Shown here piece after piece: positions 44,887-54,665 of a stretch of DNA of 64,000 nt (its first letter is position 1; every line of letters starts with the position of its first letter). The DNA is from an uncultured Gammaproteobacteria bacterium (GTDB lineage Bacteria; Patescibacteriota; Microgenomatia; JALYQM01). Location: positions 11,108 to 75,107 of the forward strand of contig CAZHTP010000004.1 of the NCBI GenBank assembly GCA_964535655.1, in the 5' to 3' direction. The position numbers and the translations under genes were made by a program. Under the pieces are notes generated by a model, which saw nothing but the letters and a program-made list of their open reading frames with translations, was not told where the DNA came from and did no database searches.

Positions 44887-47310
44887 ATGTCTAAAAATTG
44901 TGGGTTAGGTGCTGATGAAGCAAAAAAAAGATTACTCGCTCATGGTCGTAATGAAATCATTAAGACTCATAAGAAGAATCCTCTGGGGATTTTCATATCT
45001 CAATTTAACTCTTTCCTTGTTTTTCTTCTCGTTATTGCTGCAATTGTGTCGCTCTATTTTGGCGAATACATTGACGGTATCTTCATCGTTCTTATTTTAC
45101 TTTTGAATGGAATCCTGGGGTTTTACCAGGAATATAAAGCTGATCAGGCAATTGAAAAATTGCGCGATATGACTGTTACAATGGTGCACGTTTTGCGAGA
45201 TGGCAAAGAGACGCTTGTTTTGAGCCAGGAACTGGTAGTTGGAGATGTGGTGTTTGTTGAAGAAGGTAATAAAGTGCCAATGGATGGTGTCTTATATGAA
45301 GCGATGCACCTGGCGGTTAATGAGTCGGTTTTGACTGGAGAATCTATTGAAGTAGATAAGGTTGCGGTTGGCGATACCTGGAAGGAAGGTGAGGTAGTTG
45401 AAGATGCCCATGTGCTTTTTATGGGGACTGTAATTAGCCGTGGAAGAGGAATTGCGATAGTAACGGCAACGGGGATGCAAACTAAATTTGGAAAAATTAG
45501 TGCTGAACTTTCGGAGATTGATGAAAGTGAAACTCCACTGGAAAAACAGTTGGCAACACTTGGACGATATCTTGGTATTGGAGCTATTGTTTGTTGTATA
45601 ATGCTTTTTCCAATTGGATTTATTAAGGGTGTGGAACCATTCTCACTTTTTCTGACGGCAATATCGTTTGCTGTTGCGGCCGTTCCAGAGAGTTTGCCTG
45701 CGGTTGTCACTATTACCCTGGGATTGGGAGTTTCGCGTATTGCGCAGCGCCGGGCTATAATTCGCAAACTTTCGGCAGTTGAAACACTTGGTGCTACCAC
45801 GGTTGTGTGTACTGATAAAACGGGAACTTTAACTACAAACCAAATGCGGGTGCGCGAATCTTGGCATTTGCATGATACTGATGCAGATCGAACACAGTTG
45901 CTTGAGGCTGGAGTGTTGTGTAATAGCGCGGTACTTAGCTTGAAAGATTCCGGTGAAAAAGTGGTTATTGGTGACACTACTGAAGGTGCATTACTGTATT
46001 TGGCTGAAGAGCAGGGTGCGGATTATCTGTCTTTGCGTGAACAGTATGCTCTTAAAGAAGAGTTTCTTTTTGATAGTGTTCGTAAAATGATGAGCGTTGT
46101 TGTTCAGGATAAAACACGTGGGCATGCTCTTGTTTATACTAAGGGAGCCCCTGAGATGATGCTTTCACGATGCGTACTTACAGATAATGAACGAGCAAAA
46201 ATTCATACCGAGATAGAGCGTATGGCTGAAACTGGACTGCGAACATTAGGTTTCGGTGTAAAGAGGTTATCCCTGGACACTTTGGAAAAAATTCGTTTAG
46301 AAGAGGCTGAAAACGAACTTACTTTTATTGGCCTTGTTGGTATTGCTGATCCACCTCGTGAATCGGTTAAAGGGGCCATAGCTTTGGCTCGTGATGCTGG
46401 GGTGAGAACGGTAATGATTACTGGAGATAATGTGGTTACTGCTCGAGCGATTGCAAAGGAAATTGGGCTCATGCAGGAAGGAGATATCGCTTTGTCTGGT
46501 GATGAAGTGCGAAATCTTTCTGATGAAGCGTTACTTGAAAAGTTACATAGTGTTCGTGTGTTTGCACGAAGCGCGCCGGAAGATAAATTACGGATTGTTC
46601 GACTTTTTGAGAAACAGGGCGATGTTGTAGCGGTTACAGGGGATGGAGTTAATGATTCTCTTGCTTTGAAGCAGGCAGATATTGGTGTGGCGATGGGAAT
46701 TACGGGCAGTGACGTTGCTAAAGAAGCGGCGGATATGGTTTTGTCGGATGATAATTACGCCACTATCGTTGCAGCTATTGAGGAAGGTCGGCGCATTTAT
46801 CGCAATATTGTGAAGGCGGTGCATTACTTGGTATCTACTAATATTGGGGAAATCTTAACGATTCTTATTTCGATGCTACTTTTTGATAAGGGACATACGC
46901 CTTTTACTCCGCTGATGATTTTATGGATGAATTTAGTTACTGATGGATTGCCAGCTTTGGGACTTGCAACTGACACTCTTGAAAAAGATACGATGAAAGT
47001 ACTGCCGCGTAAAGCAGGTGCGCAGATTATCCAACGCTCAGATTGGCCTACCTTGCTTCTCAATGCAGTGCTTATTGCTGGAGTAACCATTGGGGTATTC
47101 TGGTATGGATTACAGCAGGGAGGGCTAGCTTTAGGTCAAACGTATGCTTTTATAGCGATAGTTGCTTTGCAATTTTTGCGGGTTTTAACGATTCGAAAAT
47201 CCTCACCGTTTAATAACTGGAAGTTGATGGCAATTCTTGCGGTAAGTTTTGCTTTGCAGGTTTTTGTGGTTACTTTCCCTCCGACAAGAGAGTTATTTGG
47301 ATTAATGTAG
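44887..47310 (+). CDS. Cation-transporting P-type ATPase (Ca2+/Mg2+-type, P2-like)
   Basis: DKTGTLT phosphorylation motif, TGDN, and VAVTGDGVNDSLALKQADIGVAMG hinge. 10 TM. Confidence 0.9.
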   Translation: MSKNCGLGADEAKKRLLAHGRNEIIKTHKKNPLGIFISQFNSFLVFLLVIAAIVSLYFGEYIDGIFIVLILLLNGILGFYQEYKADQAIEKLRDMTVTMVHVLRDGKETLVLSQELVVGDVVFVEEGNKVPMDGVLYEAMHLAVNESVLTGESIEVDKVAVGDTWKEGEVVEDAHVLFMGTVISRGRGIAIVTATGMQTKFGKISAELSEIDESETPLEKQLATLGRYLGIGAIVCCIMLFPIGFIKGVEPFSLFLTAISFAVAAVPESLPAVVTITLGLGVSRIAQRRAIIRKLSAVETLGATTVVCTDKTGTLTTNQMRVRESWHLHDTDADRTQLLEAGVLCNSAVLSLKDSGEKVVIGDTTEGALLYLAEEQGADYLSLREQYALKEEFLFDSVRKMMSVVVQDKTRGHALVYTKGAPEMMLSRCVLTDNERAKIHTEIERMAETGLRTLGFGVKRLSLDTLEKIRLEEAENELTFIGLVGIADPPRESVKGAIALARDAGVRTVMITGDNVVTARAIAKEIGLMQEGDIALSGDEVRNLSDEALLEKLHSVRVFARSAPEDKLRIVRLFEKQGDVVAVTGDGVNDSLALKQADIGVAMGITGSDVAKEAADMVLSDDNYATIVAAIEEGRRIYRNIVKAVHYLVSTNIGEILTILISMLLFDKGHTPFTPLMILWMNLVTDGLPALGLATDTLEKDTMKVLPRKAGAQIIQRSDWPTLLLNAVLIAGVTIGVFWYGLQQGGLALGQTYAFIAIVALQFLRVLTIRKSSPFNNWKLMAILAVSFALQVFVVTFPPTRELFGLM

Positions 47311-47325
47311 TATAATTCGTCTGAT

Positions 47326-48267
47326 ATGGAAGACAAAATCTATTTGTCGTTGGTGGTGCCGTTTTTTAATGAGCGTGATAATATTGCTCAGCTTCATGCA
47401 GAGATACTTGAAGCATTCGAAAATGTGACTTTTCCCTATGAATTAATCTATGTAAATGATGGATCAAACGATGGTAGTGATGCAGTGCTTTCTGGGCTTA
47501 CCGATTGCACCATTGTAACTATGCAGCGATCTTTTGGACAAACAGCAGCGTTGGTGGCTGGGATTGATGCTTCGGGAGGTGATACGATTGCTACTTTGGA
47601 TGGAGACCTTCAGAACGATCCGCGTGATCTTATTCCGATGATGCAGATTATGGACAATGAATGTTTTGATTTTGTTATTGGTTGGCGAAAAAGACGATAT
47701 GATTCACTTTTAAAACGGATTGTTTCGTGGGTAGCTTTCGTGCTGCGTCAGTTGCTTTTGCATGATGGAATTCATGATGCTGGGTGTGGGACGAAAGTTT
47801 TTCGTAAGCGGGTGATGCAAGATGTTGAGTTGTATGGCGAAATGCATCGATTTTTTGTCTCGATTGTAAAGAGCAAGGGGTATCGGGTAAGTGAGTTTCG
47901 TGTTCGCCACCATAAGCGAAAACATGGAATGTCTAAATATTCGTGGAAGAGGGCAATTAAGGGGTTTTTGGATATGATTGCAGTTTGGTTTTGGGGAAGG
48001 TTTTCCGCTCGGCCGTTGCATGTTTTGGGTGGACTAGGTCTTGGTGTGATTGGGGTGAGTGTTTTTACTTTACTTGTTGTTACTACTCACTTTTTTCATG
48101 ATTATGGATTTCTTACTTCAGAGCGTTGGATTGTTGCATCGGTATTGATGTTTATTTTAGGTGTGCAACTTTTGGTAATGGGTTTGGTGGCAGATATTGT
48201 GGTGCGCGGCTATTTTGCGAGCAGCGGGAAGAAGAATTATGTGGTGCGGAGTGTGAAGAAACAATAA
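47326..48267 (+). CDS. GT2 polyprenyl-phosphate glycosyltransferase (DPM1/ArnC-like) with C-terminal TM helices
   Basis: LSLVVPFFNERDNI, YELIYVNDGSNDGS and a DGD motif. Two C-terminal TM helices. Confidence 0.8.
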   Translation: MEDKIYLSLVVPFFNERDNIAQLHAEILEAFENVTFPYELIYVNDGSNDGSDAVLSGLTDCTIVTMQRSFGQTAALVAGIDASGGDTIATLDGDLQNDPRDLIPMMQIMDNECFDFVIGWRKRRYDSLLKRIVSWVAFVLRQLLLHDGIHDAGCGTKVFRKRVMQDVELYGEMHRFFVSIVKSKGYRVSEFRVRHHKRKHGMSKYSWKRAIKGFLDMIAVWFWGRFSARPLHVLGGLGLGVIGVSVFTLLVVTTHFFHDYGFLTSERWIVASVLMFILGVQLLVMGLVADIVVRGYFASSGKKNYVVRSVKKQ

Positions 48268-48340
48268 AGTTAACCGAGTTGAGTTTTTGCGACTCGAAAA
48301 TTTGAAGTTCAAGTTTTTCTACCTTAATTAACTCAACTCG

Positions 48341-49642
48341 TTATTTGCTAAAAAATGATTTACTAAATTTCAGTGATTTTTCTACGTCATCCAAATTAAA
48401 ATTCTCGTTAGCGCCGTGCATGTTACAGTCTTCGTTGGCGAGCGGAACGAGTACTTGAGGTGCGCCAAAGGCGTTTTTGAAATAGGTGACAATAGGTAGG
48501 CCGCCGCCGCTATATTTACATAATGGATTAGTGCCGTAAGCTTTTTCTAGAAGCTCTTTGGCTTTTGTGACATATTCGTTGTTAAGATCGAGTTTGACTC
48601 CTTCGTGGATATCGTCGACTTGCATCTCAAAATCTACGTATGATGGTAAGGTATCTTTAAGATAATTGCGGAAGAGCTCGGCAATTTTTGTTGGATCCTG
48701 GTTTTTTACTAGGCGAAAATTAATTTTGACAGTTGCTTTGGCATGAATGCCGTTTTTATAGCCTTCACCATTATATCCCGATTGTAGGCCTGTAACTTGA
48801 ATCGAAGGTCGCAGGCCTACTTGAGTGTGGGGGTCGAATTCCGGTTCTTTTAACAGTGCTTTTGCTCCGGTGATGCGTTGGTATTCTTTTTCATCAAACG
48901 GAATTGATTCGGTGTTATCAATGGGGGCTACATCGTCGTAAAAATGAGGAATGGTGATGTGATTATTTTCATCATACAGTTTAGCGATCATTTTTGATGC
49001 TTCATGGATGGCACTTGGCGCAATGCCACCATAGATTCCAGAGTGTAAATCATTAGTTGCGGTTTTAACTGTTATGGTGGTGTTGAACCCTCCGCGAAAT
49101 CCTAATTCAAGAATTGGATGATTGCCGGTTATTTCGCCATCGGAAATTACTACTACATCTGCTTTAAGGAGTTCTTTATTATCCTCGATGAATTTACCGA
49201 GCTTAGGTGACCCAGTTTCTTCATTGCCTTCGATCATAAATTTTACATTATATTTAAGTTTTTTCTCGTTAATTAAGTCGAAAATGGTAGCAATATGAAT
49301 TGCTACCTGACCTTTATTGTCTATAGCTCCTCGAGCATAGAGGCGTTTGCCATCATTAGTTAATTCAAATGGTTCGGAATTCCAGCCATCGGACTTCAGG
49401 GCTGGTTGGACATCGTAATGTCCATAAATGAGACAGGTTTTACATGTAGGATCTGCTTCAAATGATGCAACGATAATTGGATTACCATAACTGTTGATGA
49501 CATTCACTTTAAAACCCTTAGTGATGAATGTATTTTTTAGCCAGAGTGCACACTTTTGAATTTCGGTAGCAAAAGTATTGTCTGTGGAAACACTTTTAAA
49601 TGAGACAAAATCTTTTATGAGGTTGAAATAAGTATCGGTCAT
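48341..49642 (-). CDS. M20/M25/M40 family metallopeptidase (dipeptidase/deacylase)
   Basis: LIYGHYDVQP, GAIDNKG and HSGIYGG metal-binding blocks. Confidence 0.8.
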   Translation of the reverse strand: MTDTYFNLIKDFVSFKSVSTDNTFATEIQKCALWLKNTFITKGFKVNVINSYGNPIIVASFEADPTCKTCLIYGHYDVQPALKSDGWNSEPFELTNDGKRLYARGAIDNKGQVAIHIATIFDLINEKKLKYNVKFMIEGNEETGSPKLGKFIEDNKELLKADVVVISDGEITGNHPILELGFRGGFNTTITVKTATNDLHSGIYGGIAPSAIHEASKMIAKLYDENNHITIPHFYDDVAPIDNTESIPFDEKEYQRITGAKALLKEPEFDPHTQVGLRPSIQVTGLQSGYNGEGYKNGIHAKATVKINFRLVKNQDPTKIAELFRNYLKDTLPSYVDFEMQVDDIHEGVKLDLNNEYVTKAKELLEKAYGTNPLCKYSGGGLPIVTYFKNAFGAPQVLVPLANEDCNMHGANENFNLDDVEKSLKFSKSFFSK

Positions 49643-49668
49643 GAAGTAATTATATCATTGAATAGGTA

Positions 49669-49698
49669 TTGACAATGTCTTGTCTATTTTTTTAGAAT
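49669..49698 (+). promoter_or_regulatory. Putative promoter TTGACA-18-TAGAAT for the aromatic amino acid operon leader
   Basis: -35 at 49669-49674, -10 at 49693-49698. Confidence 0.4.
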
Positions 49699-49742
49699 AG
49701 CTTATTGTGAATATTGTTTTATTTGTTTTTGCTTTCTACTTT

Positions 49743-49808
49743 ATGTCGCTCTTTGGGTATTGGTATACCCAAGGGGCTACTGTTGTTGAAAGGAATCATA
49801 TTCACTAA
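49743..49808 (+). CDS. Putative attenuator leader peptide MSLFGYWYTQGATVVERNHIH (Phe-Gly-Tyr-Trp-Tyr run)
   Basis: A 21-codon ORF. Its F-G-Y-W-Y codons (49752-49766) lie inside the 5' arm of the first hairpin of the attenuator. Confidence 0.5.
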   Translation: MSLFGYWYTQGATVVERNHIH

Positions 49809-49836
49809 TTAGTTTTATTTCTTGATTTTCAACAAA

Positions 49837-49872
49837 AGACCCCTTGGAGTACCGCCAAGGGGTCTTTTTTTT
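49837..49872 (+). terminator. Attenuator intrinsic terminator: 11-bp stem AGACCCCUUGG / CCAAGGGGUCU, 7-nt loop, U8
   Basis: Stem 49837-49847 / 49855-49865, T-run 49865-49872. It lies upstream of the DAHP synthase start, not downstream of any gene. The upstream segment 49769-49776 (CCAAGGGG) can pair with 49840-49847 instead, acting as an antiterminator. Confidence 0.65.
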
Positions 49873-49887
49873 GATGAAAGGATGTTT

Positions 49888-50652
49888 ATGGGAACTTCCG
49901 AAAAAAAAATACAAATTTATGGTCCGTGCGCTGCGGAATCACGCGAACAAGTTTTACTTGCTGCTGATGCTGTTGCTGGAGTTGGTGCTCACTATATGCG
50001 TGCCTGTTTGTGGAAACCACGAACACGGCCAGGATTTGATGGTGTAGGGGAAGAAGGAATGGCGTGGTTAGCAGAAGCTTCATTGAAAGGGGTTGGCGTT
50101 GCAACGGAAGTGTTCTCGCAAGAACAAGTGGAAAAGTTGGCAGAAAAAGTGTTTGGTTTAAATCCGGATGCTAAATTGCTTGTATGGCTTGGTTCGCGTA
50201 GCCAAGTGCATTATTTGCAACGGGAAGTAGGATATGCCGTGTCGCAAGACCCACGCATTAAAGTTCTTATTAAGCATCAAATGTGGGAAGATGAAGCACA
50301 TTGGTTAGGAATAATGGAGCATGTACTTGATGGTGGTGCGTCGGTGGAGCAAGTAATACTGTGCCACCGCGGATTTCATCCGTCAGGTCGCGAGAACCCG
50401 CAAGATTTACGCAATTTACCGCACTATGAAATGGCGATGCGCGTGAAAGAAAAAAGTGGTGTCCCAATGGTGATTGATCCTTCGCATATTGGGGGAAGTG
50501 TAGAAAATGTTGTTAAAATTTTGCTTGAATCAAAGCAATATGACTTTGATGGATACATGGTAGAGGCTCATCCAACTCCGGAACAGGCTCGAACGGACGC
50601 AAAACAACAATTATCTTTATCTCATCTGGAGAGCATGGTTGGGCAATTATAA
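49888..50652 (+). CDS. 3-deoxy-7-phosphoheptulonate (DAHP) synthase, class I-beta-like
   Basis: IYGPCAAES, KPRTRPGFDGVGEEG, ILCHRGF and DPSHIGG match DAHPS I-beta / KDO8PS-superfamily blocks, closer to DAHPS. AAGGA SD 5 nt before the ATG at 49888. Confidence 0.7.
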   Translation: MGTSEKKIQIYGPCAAESREQVLLAADAVAGVGAHYMRACLWKPRTRPGFDGVGEEGMAWLAEASLKGVGVATEVFSQEQVEKLAEKVFGLNPDAKLLVWLGSRSQVHYLQREVGYAVSQDPRIKVLIKHQMWEDEAHWLGIMEHVLDGGASVEQVILCHRGFHPSGRENPQDLRNLPHYEMAMRVKEKSGVPMVIDPSHIGGSVENVVKILLESKQYDFDGYMVEAHPTPEQARTDAKQQLSLSHLESMVGQL

Positions 50653-50660
50653 GGAGGCTT

Positions 50661-50942
50661 ATGAGTGAAGTTAATTTAACTGACTTGCGCGACCGGATTA
50701 ATCATGTAAATTATAGTTTATTAGTGCTTCTTGCTGAACGATTTAGACTTACTGAACAAGTAGGAGTGTATAAAAAAGTACATGGGCTTCCTATTGTAGA
50801 TAAACAGCGTGAAGAGCTTCAGTTAAAGGAATTAGAACGGTTAGCAGGAGAATTAGGAATGGACAGTTCAATTGCTCGGAAAATATTTCGTCTTATTATT
50901 GATGAAGTTTGCATACGACATCAGGCTATACGAGATAATTAA
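50661..50942 (+). CDS. Chorismate mutase (AroQ class)
   Basis: LRDRINHVNYSLLVLLAERFRLTEQVGVYK is the CM_2 helix-1 motif (R..ID..D..LL..R). Confidence 0.75.
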   Translation: MSEVNLTDLRDRINHVNYSLLVLLAERFRLTEQVGVYKKVHGLPIVDKQREELQLKELERLAGELGMDSSIARKIFRLIIDEVCIRHQAIRDN

Positions 50943-50963
50943 TTTTAGGTGTATCATATTTAT

Positions 50964-51809
50964 ATGAATACTGTTGCTTATTTTGGTATACCTGGCTCAT
51001 ATAGTTATGCGGTCGCACTAAATTATTTTAATGATAATAACGCTGAGTTTCTTGCATCTAAACGGTTTAAAGATGTATTTGATGCGGTTCAAACTGAAAA
51101 AGCATTATATGGTGTGATCCCTATAGAAAATAGTTTGGCGGGATCAGTGTATGAAAATTATGGACTTTTATCTGAATCTAGTTTACATATTGTAGGCGAA
51201 GCGTATTTAAAAATTGAACACTGCCTACTTGGTATGTCTGGGCAAGGTTTTGTTTTAGGGGCAATTAAGAAGGTGTTCGCGCATCCACAAGCACTTGCGC
51301 AGTGTTCGCAGTTCTTTGAGAAAAACCCAACTATTGAACAAGTCCCTTATGGAGATAACGCGAGCGCTGCAGAGTTTGTAGCTCAACAAAAGGATAATTC
51401 CCTTGCTGCTATTGCTTGTGAAGGAGCTGCTGAAGTATATAACCTAGCGATTCTCATGAAGGACATCGCTAATAGTTGTGTGAACTATACTCGCTTTCTG
51501 GTGATAGGTCGCAGTGCTATAGAAGAGGGAACTAATAAATGCTCAGTAGCTTTTAACTTGCCGCATGTTGCAGGAAGTCTGTCCAATGCTTTAAAAATTC
51601 TTTCAGATTCGGGTATGAATTTAACTAAAATCGAGTCAAGGCCACTTTTTGATAAGCCATTTGAATATATTTTCTATTTGGATATGGAGTTTAGTGAGAA
51701 GTATCAGCGAGGGGTGATAGGGAATCAGTTTAGAAAAGCGGTCGAAAACCTTAAGGTTTTGGGTATATATAAAAGCGCTGATTCTGATCTTGGCAAAATA
51801 ATTCTGTAA
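50964..51809 (+). CDS. pheA: Prephenate dehydratase (PDT domain + ACT domain)
   Basis: VAYFGIPGSYSYAVALNYF N-terminal PDT motif. TRF/ESRP region and a C-terminal ACT-like domain. Confidence 0.85.
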   Translation: MNTVAYFGIPGSYSYAVALNYFNDNNAEFLASKRFKDVFDAVQTEKALYGVIPIENSLAGSVYENYGLLSESSLHIVGEAYLKIEHCLLGMSGQGFVLGAIKKVFAHPQALAQCSQFFEKNPTIEQVPYGDNASAAEFVAQQKDNSLAAIACEGAAEVYNLAILMKDIANSCVNYTRFLVIGRSAIEEGTNKCSVAFNLPHVAGSLSNALKILSDSGMNLTKIESRPLFDKPFEYIFYLDMEFSEKYQRGVIGNQFRKAVENLKVLGIYKSADSDLGKIIL

Positions 51810-51914
51810 TAGTACACTTGTACATTATTATGAGTGAAATAATAGTATCTGTCGTTCTATTCCTTATTCTCCCTGTATAAGGGGACGGGAAGAACGTAGT
51901 TGATACCTTATACC

Positions 51915-51945
51915 CGTCTCTTTTTCTTAAAAGAGGCGGTTTTTT
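51915..51945 (+). terminator. Intrinsic terminator after the phe operon (10-bp stem with one G-U, U6)
   Basis: ccgtctcttt / aaagaggcgg, then gtttttt. Confidence 0.5.
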
Positions 51946-51961
51946 GTTGTTTAGGGGATTT

Positions 51962-53071
51962 ATGAGTAGTGGTGGACTTGAAAGAGGAAGACCTCAGCCT
52001 GAGCAGAGGGTTACTCGACCATGTTTGAGAGGCTTTAGGGTAGTTCGTGATTTAGATACTATAGTATGGAGCTTAACGGGTGGGTTAACCGCTGCTACGC
52101 GGCGATATATTGATCCTGACGGTTCGCGCATTGTTGACTCGGCTGATGCTGCTCGGGCTTTCAGTACGGGAAACATGGATAGAACTAAGTCGTTTTTTGT
52201 TTTTAGGACTGAGTTTAAGCCTGAACAAGAGGAATTATTCAAGAAATTATGTAGAATGATTCTTCAGGCAAATGTTAAGCAATCAAAAACTAAAGATACC
52301 TATGGTTTTGGCCTTGAGGAAGATGCAGATGTTAGAGTAATTTCTAAACTATTGTCGGGAATAAGTGGTGATCGAATTTCACGAATGAGAATGTCCCATG
52401 TACGAGGAGGATTAGTTTTAAGTTTAGTTTCAGGCGTTGACGGAGATGACCTTCCTGGCCCTGTTCCCTGGGCGGTCCGTGAAGCTTTAGAAATGCAAGA
52501 GTTGCCTGAGATGAGAATGCATTATCCGCGTTATCGTGAGATAGCGCAGCAGTATGGAGTAGGAGTACAGATTTTAACTATGGCCGCAGATCAACATTCT
52601 GTTGATGCCATCTTTAGCTTTTATCGCCGTGATCCTAAGAATAATGATTTCCTGTCTTCACTTTCTGGTACGCATCAATTCCCGTCTGTGAATAGACCAG
52701 GAGATAGAGAGCGACTGCAGATAATAGTTGATGCAATGTCTTATGTTGGCCTTGCCGGTACGTATTGCCGTGTCAACCCAAAAGCATATGAATTGGCATT
52801 GCATGCTTTGGCGACATCAAGATGGGTTACGTTTGAGGATTTGCAACAACCTTCTTATGCATTCGTCACCATGCAGGATCCTGTTGTTCCGGTTGTTATT
52901 TTGCGAAAAGCTTCGGGCGATGATCTTGGGTTTGAATATAATCCTATCGAACATGGAGGTATGTTTATAACCGGGCAAATTACAGATACTTTTTGGAAAA
53001 TTCAGTCGTATGTTCCTGGGAGATCAAGTGAGATTGCTTCACAATCTGCCGCCTCTGTTATTTTTAAATAG
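51962..53071 (+). CDS. Hypothetical protein, GC-rich relative to neighbours
   Basis: ATG at 51962 with AGGGGA SD. About 45% GC by eye versus about 30-35% nearby. No motif I recognise. Confidence 0.4.
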   Translation: MSSGGLERGRPQPEQRVTRPCLRGFRVVRDLDTIVWSLTGGLTAATRRYIDPDGSRIVDSADAARAFSTGNMDRTKSFFVFRTEFKPEQEELFKKLCRMILQANVKQSKTKDTYGFGLEEDADVRVISKLLSGISGDRISRMRMSHVRGGLVLSLVSGVDGDDLPGPVPWAVREALEMQELPEMRMHYPRYREIAQQYGVGVQILTMAADQHSVDAIFSFYRRDPKNNDFLSSLSGTHQFPSVNRPGDRERLQIIVDAMSYVGLAGTYCRVNPKAYELALHALATSRWVTFEDLQQPSYAFVTMQDPVVPVVILRKASGDDLGFEYNPIEHGGMFITGQITDTFWKIQSYVPGRSSEIASQSAASVIFK

Positions 53072-54590
53072 TTGTATCCTCATAATATTTATTTACTTTC
53101 CAAATAGCAGCTTTACCTTGTTTTGCGACAAGAGAAATAAACCCAGCGTTCTCCATATTGGCTAACCCTTCGTCTAGTTTTTGCTCGTTCTCCATGAGTA
53201 GGGTTTTTGGCCCCTGATTGGGATGAGTATCTGTAACTAAATATTTTACATTTTTATGATAACTGAGCCAGAAACATTTTTCTTCACCACAAGGGGAGGT
53301 TTCTTTGCTAAATTTTCGGTAGCCGTTGTTGCGCTTGTATGGCCATAGCACATGGAGATCTTTGCGCTCATTAATGTGCGGGATGAGGTTGTCTTGCGCT
53401 GCGATACCTACACCGGGTGGAACTTGTTTTAAAATAGCATTGTTATCTGCGATGTATTGAGGCCAGGTGTACCAGGTTTTTTTGCTGAGGGTATTAAGGG
53501 GCAGATGATAAGTGTATTGGAAGTAAGCCCAGGAAATGGTGAGTAGTATTGCTAAGGGGAAGTAGGGAATTGAGATTAGCTTGATTTTGCTTCTAGGGAT
53601 TCGTACTTTATCTAAATTATGTAAATTACATACTCCGTAGATTGTGGCCCAGGCAAGTAGTGGCGCAAGTGAAGAGCGGTATTGGAGGAAAATACTCCCT
53701 GTTTCTGGATGATTATTACCCAAGACAAAATAAAATATAAGATCGGCAATGGATGCAATTACTGTGATAGGGGAAAATAGCGGAATGAGTGCAAACCAGA
53801 GATAACTTAGACGCCAAACCTCTTGTTTTTGTGGAGTATTACCTAAGTATCCAATGGTTTCCTGAATCGATACTGGGTTTGATGCAACAAACCGATAGTG
53901 CTCGTCTGTTAGATTTTCCATAATGGGGAACAGAATTTTTAAGACGATAAACATATATAGTAGTGAGGTTATCGCAATTGTAGTTCCGACTTTTCGATGA
54001 CCGCGTAAAAAATAAGTTAACCCAATTGCGAATATGATGACCGGGAAACTTTCTTTCATTCCTAGTATTATTGCCATTACTGTGGCTGCCCATTTATATT
54101 CCTTATTTTCAATTTTCCAAATGAGCCAAGGGACCAATACTGTTCCAAATACTATGGAATGGACGTCAAAGTTGATAGAAAACTGATATCCATAAAATGT
54201 TAGGTAGGAAAGGGTAAGGATTGCTCTTAAATAGATGGGAAGATTCAATTTTTTCGCTAACCAATCGAATGGAAGGGCAGATGCTCCCATCATAACCGCT
54301 TGAAGAATTAATAATGCTTTAGGGTCGCTCCAGATCCAATAGAGTGGTGCAAGTAAAGCCAGACTTGGAGAAAAGTGATTTAATAACGCAAATTTATACT
54401 CAACGGTCACAAATGGGTACAAAAAGCGGCTATACAACCATACTGTTTGATCGTAAATACCAAGGTCGTAGCCATAGGTGTGAAAATGGAAATGACGTAG
54501 GAGCGCGAGCGCTATGTATAATAGTGTAATTATTACGATTATGATGTTAGGGGAATTGGTGTACAGAAAACCAATCACTTTTTTTTGCAT
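53064..54590 (-). CDS. DUF2079-family polytopic membrane protein (GT-C-like)
   Basis: HFHTYGYDLGIYDQTVW matches the DUF2079 signature. 10 or more TM helices. Start chosen at MQKKVIGF (ATG 54590). Confidence 0.5.
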   Translation of the reverse strand: MQKKVIGFLYTNSPNIIIVIITLLYIALALLRHFHFHTYGYDLGIYDQTVWLYSRFLYPFVTVEYKFALLNHFSPSLALLAPLYWIWSDPKALLILQAVMMGASALPFDWLAKKLNLPIYLRAILTLSYLTFYGYQFSINFDVHSIVFGTVLVPWLIWKIENKEYKWAATVMAIILGMKESFPVIIFAIGLTYFLRGHRKVGTTIAITSLLYMFIVLKILFPIMENLTDEHYRFVASNPVSIQETIGYLGNTPQKQEVWRLSYLWFALIPLFSPITVIASIADLIFYFVLGNNHPETGSIFLQYRSSLAPLLAWATIYGVCNLHNLDKVRIPRSKIKLISIPYFPLAILLTISWAYFQYTYHLPLNTLSKKTWYTWPQYIADNNAILKQVPPGVGIAAQDNLIPHINERKDLHVLWPYKRNNGYRKFSKETSPCGEEKCFWLSYHKNVKYLVTDTHPNQGPKTLLMENEQKLDEGLANMENAGFISLVAKQGKAAIWKVNKYYEDTTI

Positions 54591-54625
54591 ACGGTGATTA
54601 TATATTAATTTAACAAATAACAAAT

Positions 54626-54655
54626 TTGCCTCAAATCGCCCGTTTTATGTATAAT
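54626..54655 (+). promoter_or_regulatory. Putative promoter TTGCCT-18-TATAAT for the suf operon
   Basis: -10 TATAAT at 54650-54655. ATG of sufC at 54666. Confidence 0.35.
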
Positions 54656-54665
54656 AGGTTTTGTT

